Shown here: in pieces, positions 50,567-62,178 of the stretch
Position numbering within the stretch: the stretch's first letter is position 1
How the letters are laid out: each line of letters begins with the position of its first letter
Assembly (NCBI GenBank): GCA_047495785.1
Contig: JBLDXI010000032.1
Coordinates: forward strand, 620,001 to 684,000
Length of the DNA: 64,000 nt
From: Lepidodermella squamata
Lineage: Eukaryota; Animalia; Gastrotricha
Reading direction: 5' to 3'
Program-made: the position numbers and the translations under genes
Notes under the pieces: model-generated
Told to the model about the DNA's origin: nothing
Database searches by the model: none
What the model saw: only the letters and a program-made list of their open reading frames with translations

Positions 50567-50813
50567 ATTAAATAATTTTTTAATTCATCTAATTAATAAA
50601 AAATTCAATTTTCAATTTTCAAAGTTATCATTTTTAATTAAATGAATAAAAGATTAGTTGATATAACGATGTTTATATTCCGGTATTACTATGCTACTAA
50701 AATGAATAAAAAGAAAAGTTTCGAATAATTCTTACGGGTATATTTTTTGTCATTTGTTTTCAAAAAATAATTATTTCCGGCAGCTTTGATTCTAGTTTAT
50801 TCAAGTCTACATA

Positions 50814-51995
50814 TTATTTCAAAAGTTCCATTAATTTTTCACGTGGTGGTACTTTGGTTAGGTTGTGCCGAATAACTAGCCCGATTGCCGGAGTAGCAGG
50901 AACAAGAAAACGTTTTCCACTCCGATACACCTCGCGCAAGACGTAATCAGGATCTGGACGCTCTATCATCTGGCTCACCAACACTGCACTTGGAACATTC
51001 AGCGTCGCTTCGTCGAGCAGTTTCAATATTGTGTTCATCTGCTTATGTTTCACCCTTGCAGAACCAACGGTTGTGATTGCCTCGACAATTTGATTTTCCA
51101 ACGTCTCCCAAACGATATCTTCTAACATCTTCTTCCCTGCCTCAGTCAATTTGCCGTCGCGGTCTCTATCCTCACGTGAATACTTCCAGGCGATTTTCTT
51201 GTTTAGATGTGGGAAGCCTCCAAGCACTGACCAAACTGCCATCTTCAAGCCTACAGCATCTAGATCAGCGAATAGAACCTGAAATTCAGGAATCCTCCAC
51301 ATTTGGTCTTGATCGTAAGGCTCAACATTTATCACATCCTGTCTCCCCGTTTCCAATAGTCCAGGAGGAAGCGTGTTCGGAGGGCCATCCACAATGACGT
51401 GAAGCCCATACTTTTCTGTTAGCAAACGAACGGCACCAGTAAGCTTTGCGTAAGGTTCCTTATCCTCAGGCGACCGTTCGCTAGCACGAATCACAAGAAA
51501 TGGCGATTTTCCAGTCAGGCGCTTGAATAGGTAAATAGCCCACAGAGCGCGATATTCGTCAGCGAACAATGGCACTTTCGTTACAGCACGCAAAGCTTCA
51601 AAAACGATAGTGTCCTGGTCAGTACCTGCAGGAATCTGTATAAAAGAAAAAATGACAACAAATGAGCTACCGCAGTTAAAAATGTCACTTACAACGCATT
51701 CAACTACTCCGCGTTTACAGCTTGTGAACGTGTCTATCATACACGACTTCCCAACACCTACGGCTCCAGTAACAACGATGTAGCGTTGATGGCCCCAGGG
51801 GTAGTTTTGAAGCTGTTCAAGTTCTTTCGTCCTAATAGAGCGCGGACGCAGATCAGGAGACTTCATCAGCAGACCAAGTGTCGGCAGTGAAGAGAAGCCA
51901 GCTATTCCTACAACACTTCCAACAGCCCATTTGATAGATGGTCGCTGAAAGACTCGCGACACCGTTATCCAATATTGTCGCAGTTTCTTAAGCAT
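50814..51995 (-). CDS. P-loop NTPase copy B (intact, ~374 aa after splicing)
   Basis: Walker A IVVTGAVGVGKS, an acidic hhhhD motif HVIVDG and a VLGGFP (GxP) motif are present. The intron is 51692..51636 (57 nt, GTAAGT...ACAG). The N-terminus is basic and followed by a hydrophobic segment. Confidence 0.85.
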   Translation of the reverse strand: MLKKLRQYWITVSRVFQRPSIKWAVGSVVGIAGFSSLPTLGLLMKSPDLRPRSIRTKELEQLQNYPWGHQRYIVVTGAVGVGKSCMIDTFTSCKRGVVECVVSDIFNCGSSFVVIFSFIQIPAGTDQDTIVFEALRAVTKVPLFADEYRALWAIYLFKRLTGKSPFLVIRASERSPEDKEPYAKLTGAVRLLTEKYGLHVIVDGPPNTLPPGLLETGRQDVINVEPYDQDQMWRIPEFQVLFADLDAVGLKMAVWSVLGGFPHLNKKIAWKYSREDRDRDGKLTEAGKKMLEDIVWETLENQIVEAITTVGSARVKHKQMNTILKLLDEATLNVPSAVLVSQMIERPDPDYVLREVYRSGKRFLVPATPAIGLVIRHNLTKVPPREKLMELLK

Positions 51996-52199
51996 AACAG
52001 CTCTACAGGAAGCAGAAATTAGAGAAATTCTACAGAGAAATCCATTAATAAGAATGGAAGAAATCGCCCTTTAAAACACGATATTTTAGCAAAATAATTG
52101 TGCAGTTTCGAGCCATTTTGCTTTATTAAGATGTAAGATGTTATATTTTCGTGCAACGTTTCGGCCACGAAATGGCCATCGTCAGGCAATATCTTAGAA

Positions 52200-52818
52200 A
52201 TAAAATAATTGAAATAATTCGAAAACTCCGAAAAATCAGGATATTTAACTCAGAAAACTCAGAACATTAATATTATTAACTCTGAAACTCTGAAGTTCCT
52301 TACATTAATCTGACTCAGACCAGCTCTGATGGGGCTTCATCATTTTCTCGTAATTCTGTCTCCACTTCTGAATCTGATGGGCCGCTGGCCGCTTTCGGAA
52401 GCCAGAATTTCGTTCGTAGTTGGCCAAGTATTCGGGTGAGTAGCGTTGCAACGAGGGCTTCGATCATTTACTTAGGGTTGCGGCAGGGGGGTTATGACGA
52501 TGATGAATGATGATCTTCCGCCTCTTGGCCAGGTGACGCGCTAAATGGCAGTGGCTCGGGCGATGACCGGATAATTTTATTCGGCTCTCGAACACAAATA
52601 GAACGGGTCAGAGGTCATCCCTTACCTAGTGGCGTATGGGACCTATATAAGTTGTCCTAGGCTATTAGAATTATGTTGAAAAATAATATTCGGAGTTTGC
52701 GGAGTAAAATTAAAATGAATTTTTTGAGTTATCTGAGTTAAAATTTTTAATTATTTCTGAGTTTCGAAAAATAATTGGAAAAATATTCTGAGTTTTTTTA
52801 CTTCGCGGAGTTTTCTGA
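52200..52818. repeat. Degenerate inverted-repeat element upstream of each NTPase copy
   Basis: ACTCAGAA arrays lie on the left and TTCTGAGT arrays on the right. Homologous blocks occur at ~44700..46030 and ~60390..62175. Confidence 0.55.
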
Positions 52819-53010
52819 CGGCTCTACGACAAATCAGAAAGGACAACTGTGAATTCGACAAATCAGAACAGACAAATCAGAAAACGACAACTCACAATAA
52901 TTTTCGCGAATTTTTCTGAGCGACAAATCCGAATTATCTGCGACAACTCAGAATGCGACAATTTAGAATTACTCCCCTGTATTTTTCTCAGCGACAAATC
53001 AGAACGCGAC

Positions 53011-53668
53011 GGTGTGGCGACATTTCCGGTCGCGACTTTAGCGTCCCTAAACTTTGCGTCCCGACCTTTCCGCCCAAAAACATTTCAGCCCAAATTTGTC
53101 AACGACAAATACGCGCGCGACTATTGAGCCGATAAGCACGACATTTGAGCTATCGCCAACGACACAAGAGCCCCAGGTAAATATTTATTTATTGATTTAT
53201 CAGGTTCAACTTGAGAAATGCGACATAGGCGCTTAGGGCAAAGGAACAAATTTATGCCACAAGTTCTATTGGTAATTTAATAGCAAGAGGACGTTTGCTA
53301 ACATAGAGATCGAAGTTCGATCTCATTGCTCGCTAATAACGAAAGTAGTACAACCGAATTGCGAATTAAGAATGGAATTGCTATAATTTCGAAGTGATTA
53401 GTTAAGCATAGTCGAGCAGAGAAGGAGATGTGGCAGTTTGCAAGGTTAGGCCGCGGGCGTTAGGGTCGTGAGGTGAAAAGTCGCATCCTACTCTCAGATT
53501 TAAATGCGTCATCAACGCCCCAAGTGCGTCAAGGAATTCGGAAAATTATTTTCAATTCTTGGCTTAAACGTCGTGGGCGGATTAGTCGCTGGCTGTAATG
53601 TCTTGGGCGGAAAAGTCGGGACGCAAAGTTCACCAGCGGAATTGCCGGGACGGAAATGTCACACGACC
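53011..53668. mobile_element. Nested MULE-like MITE 1
   Basis: An 8-bp duplication AACGCGAC flanks it (53003..53010 and 53669..53676). The long imperfect TIRs start with GG. Confidence 0.85.
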
Positions 53669-53943
53669 AACGCGACAATAATTTAGAAGAATGAATTTAC
53701 TTCATATTAGAGACATGCGAATCTCATGCTGAATAAATTTGATGGTCCTTGAATAGCTCGTCAATGCTTTAAGCTTCAAGGTGATGGATTCAACTCATCT
53801 AAATTGTCGCGTTCTGATTTGTCGCAGATAATTCGGATTTGTCGCTCAGAAAAAATCGCGAACATTATTCTGAGTTGTCGTTTTCGCAAATGACGCGACT
53901 AATGCGAACAAAAGTTCGGACTTGCCGGTACACGTTTCTGACT

Positions 53944-54792
53944 GGTGTGGCGACAAATCCGTGCGCGACTTTTGCGTCCGTAAACTTTGCGCCTTGACAA
54001 TTACGTCCAAAGACATTATAGCCCAAAAATGTGGGCGACCTATCAGCCCGCGACAAAATAAGTACAAATTTGGTTAATTTAGGCGGCAATTTAGCTAGCG
54101 AAACTTCCAACGGCGACAGAAGCGCTTTGTGTAAATGATTTATTTACGACATTATAGCTAGTGACTTTATCGCTGGCGACATAACAGCAAATAGATACCG
54201 AATTCCAACCAGAAGTGGAAACAGGTAGAATTTTAGCAACCAAACTTGACCAATGACAAGACTTGGATTTTCTTGGTGAGACCGGGCCCGCTTGACGTGG
54301 CTCCACTGAAATGATCGTTTTTACCGGCCCGAATGGGGCCCTTTCCTCGCAGCCATTCCTCGGATGAGACCGGTTGGAGTGACATAGGCCACTAAATTTA
54401 GTGAGAACCAATTTCCCGCATTTATCTCAAAACCAGACCCATACCGGTGTAACCTGTTTTCTACCTCTGATTTAGTTTAGCATTAAGAATAAAGCCTTGA
54501 TAGCCAAGTTCGATCATCACGTGACATATGGCAAGGGCGTTAATGTCGTGTGCGTACAGGTCGCGAGCGATCATGTCGCCATTAATAAATAATAATAATA
54601 CATTTTCACGCGTCATATCCGCCCATTTTTTGGGCAGATATTTTGACGTTCATATATTTAAAATTATCAAGATTAAGGCTATAACGCCACTGGCGTTCAT
54701 GTCGCTAGCGGTCTTGTCGTGGGACGTATTTGTCGGGGCGCACAGTTAACCGGCGGATTAGTCGGGGGTCGGGGCGTATTTGTCACCCATCC
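53944..54792. mobile_element. Nested MULE-like MITE 2
   Basis: An 8-bp duplication TTCTGACT flanks it (53936..53943 and 54793..54800). It starts GGTGTGGCGACA like MITE 1. Confidence 0.85.
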
Positions 54793-55014
54793 TTCTGACT
54801 TTCCGAAGTTAATTAAAATATTTTAAAAATTCATTTTACTGAGTTGTACGATTCTGAAATGACGCGTAGAGTACTGAAATGTCGATAAAATAAAAATGAT
54901 TTTGATTTTCTCAAATGTCGCGTTCTGAAATGTCGATTTCTGTAATGTCTCTACTGAATTGGCGTAGATCCTTATTTCCGGCAGCTTTGATTCTAGTTTA
55001 TTCTAGTCTAAATA

Positions 55015-56387
55015 TTATTTCAAAAGTTCCATTAATTTTTCACGTGGTGGTACTTTGGTTAGGTTGTGCCGAATAACTAGCCCGATTGCCGGAGTAGCAG
55101 GAACAAGAAAACGTTTCCCACTCCGATACACCTCGCGCAAGACGTTATCAGGATCTGGACGCTTCAAATTTTTTGGCAGGGACACAGACGCTACTTTCAA
55201 CGTGCTTTCATCCAGCAGTTTCAGAATTTCCCTTGTCTGAGGATACATTCGCTTGGAATTGTCCACGGTTGTGATTGCCTCGACAATTTGATTTTCCAAC
55301 GTCTCCCAAACGATATCTTCTAACATCTGCTTCCCCGCCTCAGTCAATTTGCCGTCGCGGTCTCTATCCTCACGTGAATACTTCCAGGCGATTTTCTTGT
55401 TTAGATGTGGGAAGCCTCCAAGCACTGACCAAACTGCCATCTTCAAGCCTACAGCATCTAGATCAGCGAATAGAACCTGAAATTCAGGAATCCTCCACAG
55501 TTGGTCTTGATCGTAAGGCTCAACATTTATCACATCCTGTCTCCCCGTTTCCAATAGTCCAGGAGGAAGCGTGTTCGGAGGGCCATCCACAATGACGTGA
55601 AGCCCATACTTTTCTGTTAGCAAACGAACGGCACCAGTAAGCTTTGCGTAAGGTTCCTTATCCTCAGGCGACCGTTCGCTAGCACGAATCACAAGAAATG
55701 GCGATTTTCCAGTCAGGCGCTTGAATAGGTAAATAGCCCACAGAGCGCGATATTCGTCAGCGAACAATGGCACTTTCGTTACAGCACGCAAAGCTTTAAA
55801 AACGATAGTGTCCTGGTCAGTACCCGCAGGAATCTGTATAAAAGAAAAAATGACAACAAATGAGCTACCGCAGCAAAAATGTTACTTACAACGCATTTAA
55901 CTACTCCGCGTTTACAGCTTGTGAACGTGTCTATCAAACACGACTTCCCAACACCTATGGCTCCAGTAACAACGATGTAGCGTTGATGGCCCCATGGGTA
56001 GTTTTGAAGCTGTTCAAGTTCTTTCGTCCTAATAGAGCGCGGACGCAGATCAGGAGACTTCATCAGCAGACCAAGTGTCGGCAGTGAAGAGAAGCCAGCT
56101 ATTCCTACAACACTCCCAACAGCCCATTTGATAGATGGTCGCTGAAAGACTCGCGACACCGGTATCCAATAATGTCGCAGTTTCTTAAACATAACAGCTC
56201 TATAGGAAGCAGAAATTATATGAGAATTAGATACAGAGAAATCTATTAATAACCTTATCAGCAGACCAAGTGTCGGCAGCGAAGAGAAGCCAGCTATTCC
56301 TACAACACTTCCAACAGCCCATTTGATAGATGGTCGCTGAAAGACTCGCGACACCGGTATCCAATATTGTCGCAGTTTCTTAAGCAT
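55015..56387 (-). CDS. P-loop NTPase copy C, with an in-frame duplicated N-terminus and a divergent C-terminal block
   Basis: The intron 55889..55834 (56 nt) restores the frame. Walker A is GAIGVGKS. Alternative ATGs lie at 56387 and 56192. Confidence 0.85.
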
Positions 56388-56489
56388 AACAGCACTATAG
56401 AAAGCAGAAATTAGATGAGAATTAGATACAGAGAAATCCATTAATAAGAATAGAAGACATCGTTATTGTGTTTCAAGTTGTACGTTAAT

Positions 56490-59484
56490 CTTTAACCCGC
56501 GCGCTGATTGGTCAATTTATTGTTGCAATTCAATTTATTCGTCTGGTCAAATTCGGCCTCGAATCGAAAAATCAAATCCGAGAAATCGAGTCCATTGGAA
56601 AAGCTGTGGATGGTCGAAAGGACGTGGCTATGCTGGGAATCGATCACGCTGTAATCGAATCGGTTACCTGGCGCGGATCGACGTTCAACTCGAATGACAT
56701 CGTCCTGGCTAACGGCTGCGAGCTTATTTTTTTTAAAATTGAACACTTTGTATATAACCGCAGCGACGGTGAAATTTTAGTTCGACTACTGGAAGCGAAT
56801 TGCAATTATTTTATGGGAACTAATTCGTATCAAATTGTGTCTTATGGTGGCAAATCCATCTTAGCTCCTCTGTCTCAAATTAGCTTCCCTTGGCCGGTAC
56901 TGCGTAAGGCAGACCGCTTATTGTTATTAGCAACCCCAAGGGTGTTGTTTTTAATCGAAACCGAATAATTTAATAAATTATTTTTTTAGGAGTCGATTGT
57001 TAATTTCATTTTTTTTGTCATGGATCGTTATACGAAGAAGCAACAGAAGCAACACGCAGCGCTTTTGCCGCCTGAATTGCGCGATTTCAACTTCCCCACG
57101 TGTTTTCCACGACCTGACGAGCTTTCTGAACTGGGCCGCGCTTTCGCTGATGGCCACGACGTTTCAGTGAAGGCTCAAAAATCGTTTCGCAACGAAATCA
57201 CGAATTACCTATGGTAAGTACTATTTTTTCATCATTTTTTTTATCATGGAAATCAATTTTTAATTTTTAATTTTATTTTCAATTTATTTAAAATGTAAAA
57301 ATAGTTTTCTTCGATAGAAATGTTTCAGAAATTTTTAGAAAATTGATTATAAAATCGTAGCAATTGTATGGAAATTATTATATATTTTGTTTATTTTCTG
57401 AATTTTTTATTAAAATGTAAAATGTGGGGATTAATCATGGATCATCTGTAAAAAATTGAAGCTTTTGATTTAGAAATTTTGATTGAAAGATTTGAGAAAT
57501 TTTTCGAAATAAAATTTTGGTAATCACTAATTAATTATTATGATAAATTTTAAAATTGTGTAATAATTTTGAATTTTTGAATTTTGTTTTATATGCATTT
57601 TTTATTACAGGAAATTTGTTCCTCGAAATGTTGGCAACCCAGTGCAACGGCGAATTATGTTCGCCAATTTCTTCGACACCCTGCTCCTCAACTACCCAGC
57701 AATCCCCGGGATTCCGGTGCTTACGGACGGTCGCTCGAATGCAAGGGTGAGTTCGCCTACAACTTGGATAGTGAATTTATAGTCATTTTTCTATTTTTCC
57801 AGCCCCCGGTATTCGACAAGATTACCTCTGCCATACGCATGCGGGAAAATTGCGGGTTCAATACTCGCCACCAGCGCCCTACTCTGACTCCCTTGCAGCC
57901 TCCGCCCACCCTATTTCTCCAGTCAACACCTACATCTCAAACACCGGCTATTTCGACACCAGAACAGCCAGCTTTTTCAATCCAGCGAGCACCCTCGGGT
58001 GATGAAAATCGCGCTGATTCTCTCAGCGGCAACGTGAGCGGAATCTTTCCGACAGCCGCCGAAATGCCGGAAATGGGTGAATTCTCGGAATTTCATCCGC
58101 AAGCGCCTTATCAACACGTGCCGGCGGACCTCGTGCAGTCTAACAGTTCTTCCACGCCCACCTACGCCGTTCTCACCCCGATCAACCCTCAGACCTACCA
58201 GCAGCCAACTTTTCAAATGGCCCCCGTAGACTACGCTGTGCGTCGCCTGGCTCCAATTTCAATGCCAACGCCTGGCTTGGAGAAGAATATGCCAGCTGTG
58301 GATAATAACTTGCCCGAGTCGCTCAACACAGCTACGGAGATGATTCTAGCCGAGATTCCTGGCAGCAGCGACGGCCAGAAGGCAAATACCAGCAGTACCC
58401 CCGTAATCAAAATTGGCTGCCGTAAACGTGGAGGAGCGTCGAAACAAGATACGGCTGAAGCGGCTCCGCGAGCAACTCGGCAGCGTAAGCAGTAGCTGTT
58501 TTTGCCTCATGTTCGTCTCATATTATCCAAATAGTACACAACATACATCCGATAGTTCAAAATAATTTCGCTGATTTCTAAACTCTCGTTGCTTCCAATT
58601 TATTAGTTGTTAGCTCGAATCGTTTTTGCAAAATAATCTTCCGAACACTCCTCTTCAAACTATATTCAACGAAATTCAACGCCTTAATTTATCCAGCGAC
58701 AATAAACATTGTTATTCCGTTTCATGCTTTATGTTTTATGGCGTCTAGTGTAAATATTTTTCTGTTTTGAGCGGTGTATTTTCCATGTGGTCGCGTCTCC
58801 TCCATAATATTATTGTATCATACTGTATTTATGCTGTTATTATATAAGCCTTTTTGTTAGGGAAAAATTCAAATTGTAAATATTCAATTTTTTAATCGAG
58901 AATAATAATATCTCTGTATACTACTACATGTGTCTTCTTCTTCCCGTTGTGACTTCTCCTCATTCTTTCTCATTCTTCCTTTGATTTCGTGTATCATCAC
59001 CTATATTTTGTATGAAACGTGCGCTCATCGAAGGATTTCAAATTATGAAGCAAAAATGTAAAAAATCTCTCTTGTATTTTAATGCATTTTTATTAAACAA
59101 AACAACATATTAATTAAACCTAGAAACTCGCTGGAAAATTAATTAAGAAAAAATTCAAATACCACGTTTAACCTGAAATAAAACACGCTTCGTATAATCA
59201 ATGGTCTTTTTGTTGAGTTTATTCCTCATGTGCGCAAGTAGAGGAATTTTCCCGAGATTCATTTCAGAATAATATCAATAATAACGTTTGATTGAGGGTT
59301 TACGCGTTAATGTCTGCCTAGTCGGGATATTAACGCGTAAATTTAGGTCAATATTGAAGCGTAAAAGATATTTAAGCGTAAAATTAGGCAATATTTACGC
59401 GTCATTTTTATTGAGAGGTTTTACCCGTAAACGCGCTCAAATTTTACCCGTAAATAGAGATTAAGCGTAAATTGCCTGTGAGTG
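56490..59484 (+). mobile_element. 5'-truncated CACTA/EnSpm(CMC)-like transposon: transposase C-terminus, accessory gene and right terminus
   Basis: An ORF is open from the junction to 56968 (VTWRGSTFNSNDIVL...FFKIEHF...SYQIV...FPWP), which resembles the C-terminus of animal EnSpm/Mirage-type transposases as I recall them. TTTACGCGTAA subterminal repeats at 59295..59470 end in ...TGTGAGTG (CACTC terminus). Confidence 0.6.
57020..58495 (+). CDS. Spliced accessory gene of the CMC-like element (340 aa; helical N-domain, Pro/Ser/Thr-rich tail, basic C-terminus)
   Basis: Exons 57020..57213, 57611..57746 and 57803..58495 splice in frame with canonical sites. An AATAAA lies at ~58701. Confidence 0.7.
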
Positions 59485-60450
59485 TATGACTCCGGGAAGA
59501 AACAGTTTAGTATGATAACATGAGTAGGAATCTATATTTGAGAGAAGCACGAAATATAGATCGAGTAAAACGAATGAAATCGGAGCGGAACGAGCCGGTA
59601 GGCGAGTGGAGACGAGATTTCATGAGGTGAATGAGTTTTACGAGATCTATACGAGTGCTTCGCGAAAATATAGGTTTCTACGAATGTTGTATCGTAAAAT
59701 ATTACACGGTGTCTATATTTTTCGCAACGCAGAATTAATAAAAAATAAAAAATCCAACTTAAAATTTCACCTAAAAATGGCTTTATTCTCATTCTCGCTC
59801 ATTTTTTCTCATTCGTTCGAATTTCGTCTCGTTTTGAATGTCGATTTTCTGTCCGACCTTCACGAACAAATGCTCCCGAAATTCTGTTCCGATTGGCAAT
59901 GCTGCTGCATTCGAAGCCTAATGGTTAGAAACCCACCAACGCTGAAACCTGCTTCCTTCGAAATCATCGTTCGCGAAACTTTCCGCTTTTGCTTCTGAAG
60001 AAACTGGTTTGATTTGAACGACACGCTTGGATCGAAGAAGCTCAGCAGTCCGTCGGAATTGCATCTCTGGTTGTTGAAAATGGTTCAGTTTCGGACAAGC
60101 GCGTCGCAATGGTGTTTGGTACGTCGATGTTTTCAACGCGACTGAATCGGAATTGTCGCTGGCAGTGCTGCAGGGTTCAATTCCAGCTGGTGATTTCTGC
60201 CAGTTGGGGGCGAAAGGACAGAAGAAATCGTTATTGTGTTCAAGTTGTACGTTTTAAACACGATATTTTAGCGATGTAATTGTGCAATATTTCGTGCGAC
60301 GTTTCGGCCACGAAATGGCCATCGTCAGGCAATATCTTAGAATTCGAAAATCGAAACGCAGATATTTTGCGTATCGACTTTCGAATTAATATAATTCGAA
60401 AACTCCGAAAAATCAGAATATTTCACTCAGAAAACTCAGAACATTAATAT

Positions 60451-61463
60451 GGGTGGCCTATGTTGTGTAGTCTGAAAATGTGTTTGTGTAACCTCTCAAA
60501 ATGGACAAGTGTCATCTAGAATGTGTGTGCGCGCCACCTTAATCTTCGAAGTGTAAAAAAAAACCAAGAAATCGCCACATAATCTTGAATTATGTCAACA
60601 AAACCTTGAAAACGCAGCGCTGAACTTGAAAGCGTCTCCAAAGACTGTAAATCGTAACCCGCGCACATGAAATTGTAAACTTTTCCAGAGAAATTGTTAA
60701 CTAAACTCTAGCCAACAGAAACTAATAGAAAAAGGCAAACAGACAAGGAGGTTCGGATGAGTCATAGGTAGATAGCGCCTTTTATGGTTTTTTATGGTTC
60801 CTGTCACTTTTTTGAGGTCATTGGTCGATGATTAGAGACGTAGCAAGCGAATTCGGCCCTATTTCTGTCTTCACAGTCATTTCAAAAACAAAAGCTGACG
60901 CAAGGTCATTATTGCAAAACACCCGATTTTCGAATGAATGTGAAGCGGGGTTGTCCTCGGATCGGGTTTGGCCCGGGTCGGTTCGGGTTCAATCGGGTCT
61001 GACATCTTAGACCTGAAGACAACAGATTGAGATGGGGCCGAAATCGCTTACTATGTCACTAAACAACGACCAATAAATGCGAAAGTGAGTGAACAAAGCC
61101 GCAGTCCAGTACCTCAAGCTGCAGGTTTTCCTCATTTTTGTTACACGATCATGAAAATTCACAGCCAGGAAAGCCGAGAAAAAATTGCAAACAATTTACC
61201 AGAAAAAGTCATATGACAGCCTCAGGCCAGCTGTTTTTAGCTTTCGGTGCTCTCAAGAAATGCAGCGGGCTATTCAAATGGGCACGGACTCAACGAAATA
61301 GGGCTATCGCGCGAATTATTGATTTAGGGTCCCATTTTAACGCACCTGACTACAGTTTCACGTTTGTGGTTACAATTCGCAGGTTTTGTTTACATAGTGC
61401 GCGCACAGGTGACACTTTACATTTTGGCTACGATTTACAGGATTAAAACTACGTAATTTAGCG
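60451..61463. mobile_element. ~1-kb insertion with an 8-9-bp target duplication
   Basis: It is flanked by (C)ATTAATAT repeats, and the empty site is at ~52265. An internal inverted repeat spans ~60818..61075. The TIRs are weak. Confidence 0.75.
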
Positions 61464-62178
61464 CATTAATATTATTAACTCAGAAACTCAGAAATTCATA
61501 ACATTAAACTCAGTAAACTCAGAAAGAATAATATTTAAAGTTTCTGTATGCAGTGGGATGTGCTCTGACTCAGATCAGCTCTGAAGTCATCCCTTACCTA
61601 GTGGCGGATGGGACCTATATAAGTTGTCCTAGGCTATTAGAATTATTTGGAAAAATAATATTCGGAGTTTTCGGCCGATTCCTGTGGTACTTTTGCGGTG
61701 CTTTTACGGTACAAATCCCGAAAAACAAAACCTCAGGGAAACTTAGAGGTGTACACAGAAAACTAACTTGAATTTTTGAAACGAGTCGTCAATACTGATA
61801 GCCCGTTTGATTCTCTACAAGGTATCAACGACTCGAGTCCCAAAACAGCGCCGCTCGTGCGAAAAGTGCGTCTTGAAAACTCCTTTTTCCACGCGGCTGT
61901 CTGTGACTGAAAGTTGTGTCGTCTGGGCTATAATAATAGTGATAAAATCGATCAACACGACTTTTAATAACACTGTTTTGCTACATAACATGGCAGTACG
62001 TGGTCTTGTGGCCATGTGGTCTCATTCATAAGAATTTACGCTAGTAAAACAACTAATAATCGTGACGTATCGGCGGAATGAATGAAAATCCTGAGTAAAA
62101 TTAAAATAAATTTGTGAGTTTTCTGAGTTAAAATTGTTAATTATTTCTGAGTTCCGAAAAATAATTGGAAAAATACGT

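Larger units (their letters stand above)
52819..54971. mobile_element. MULE-like non-autonomous element (outer)
   Basis: GGCTCTACGACAAATCAG ... CTGAATTGGCGTAGATCC inverted ends, with CGACAAATCAG subterminal arrays. There is no matching TSD. Confidence 0.7.

Noticed and set aside
13557-56387. A functional mitochondrial gene cluster (ANT-like, citrate carrier, possibly targeted NTPases)
   Set aside because: The genes are far apart, on different strands and separated by unrelated genes. There is no evidence beyond coincidence.
59485-60220. Short ORFs in the captured flank
   Set aside because: They have no recognisable motifs or splice-supported structure.
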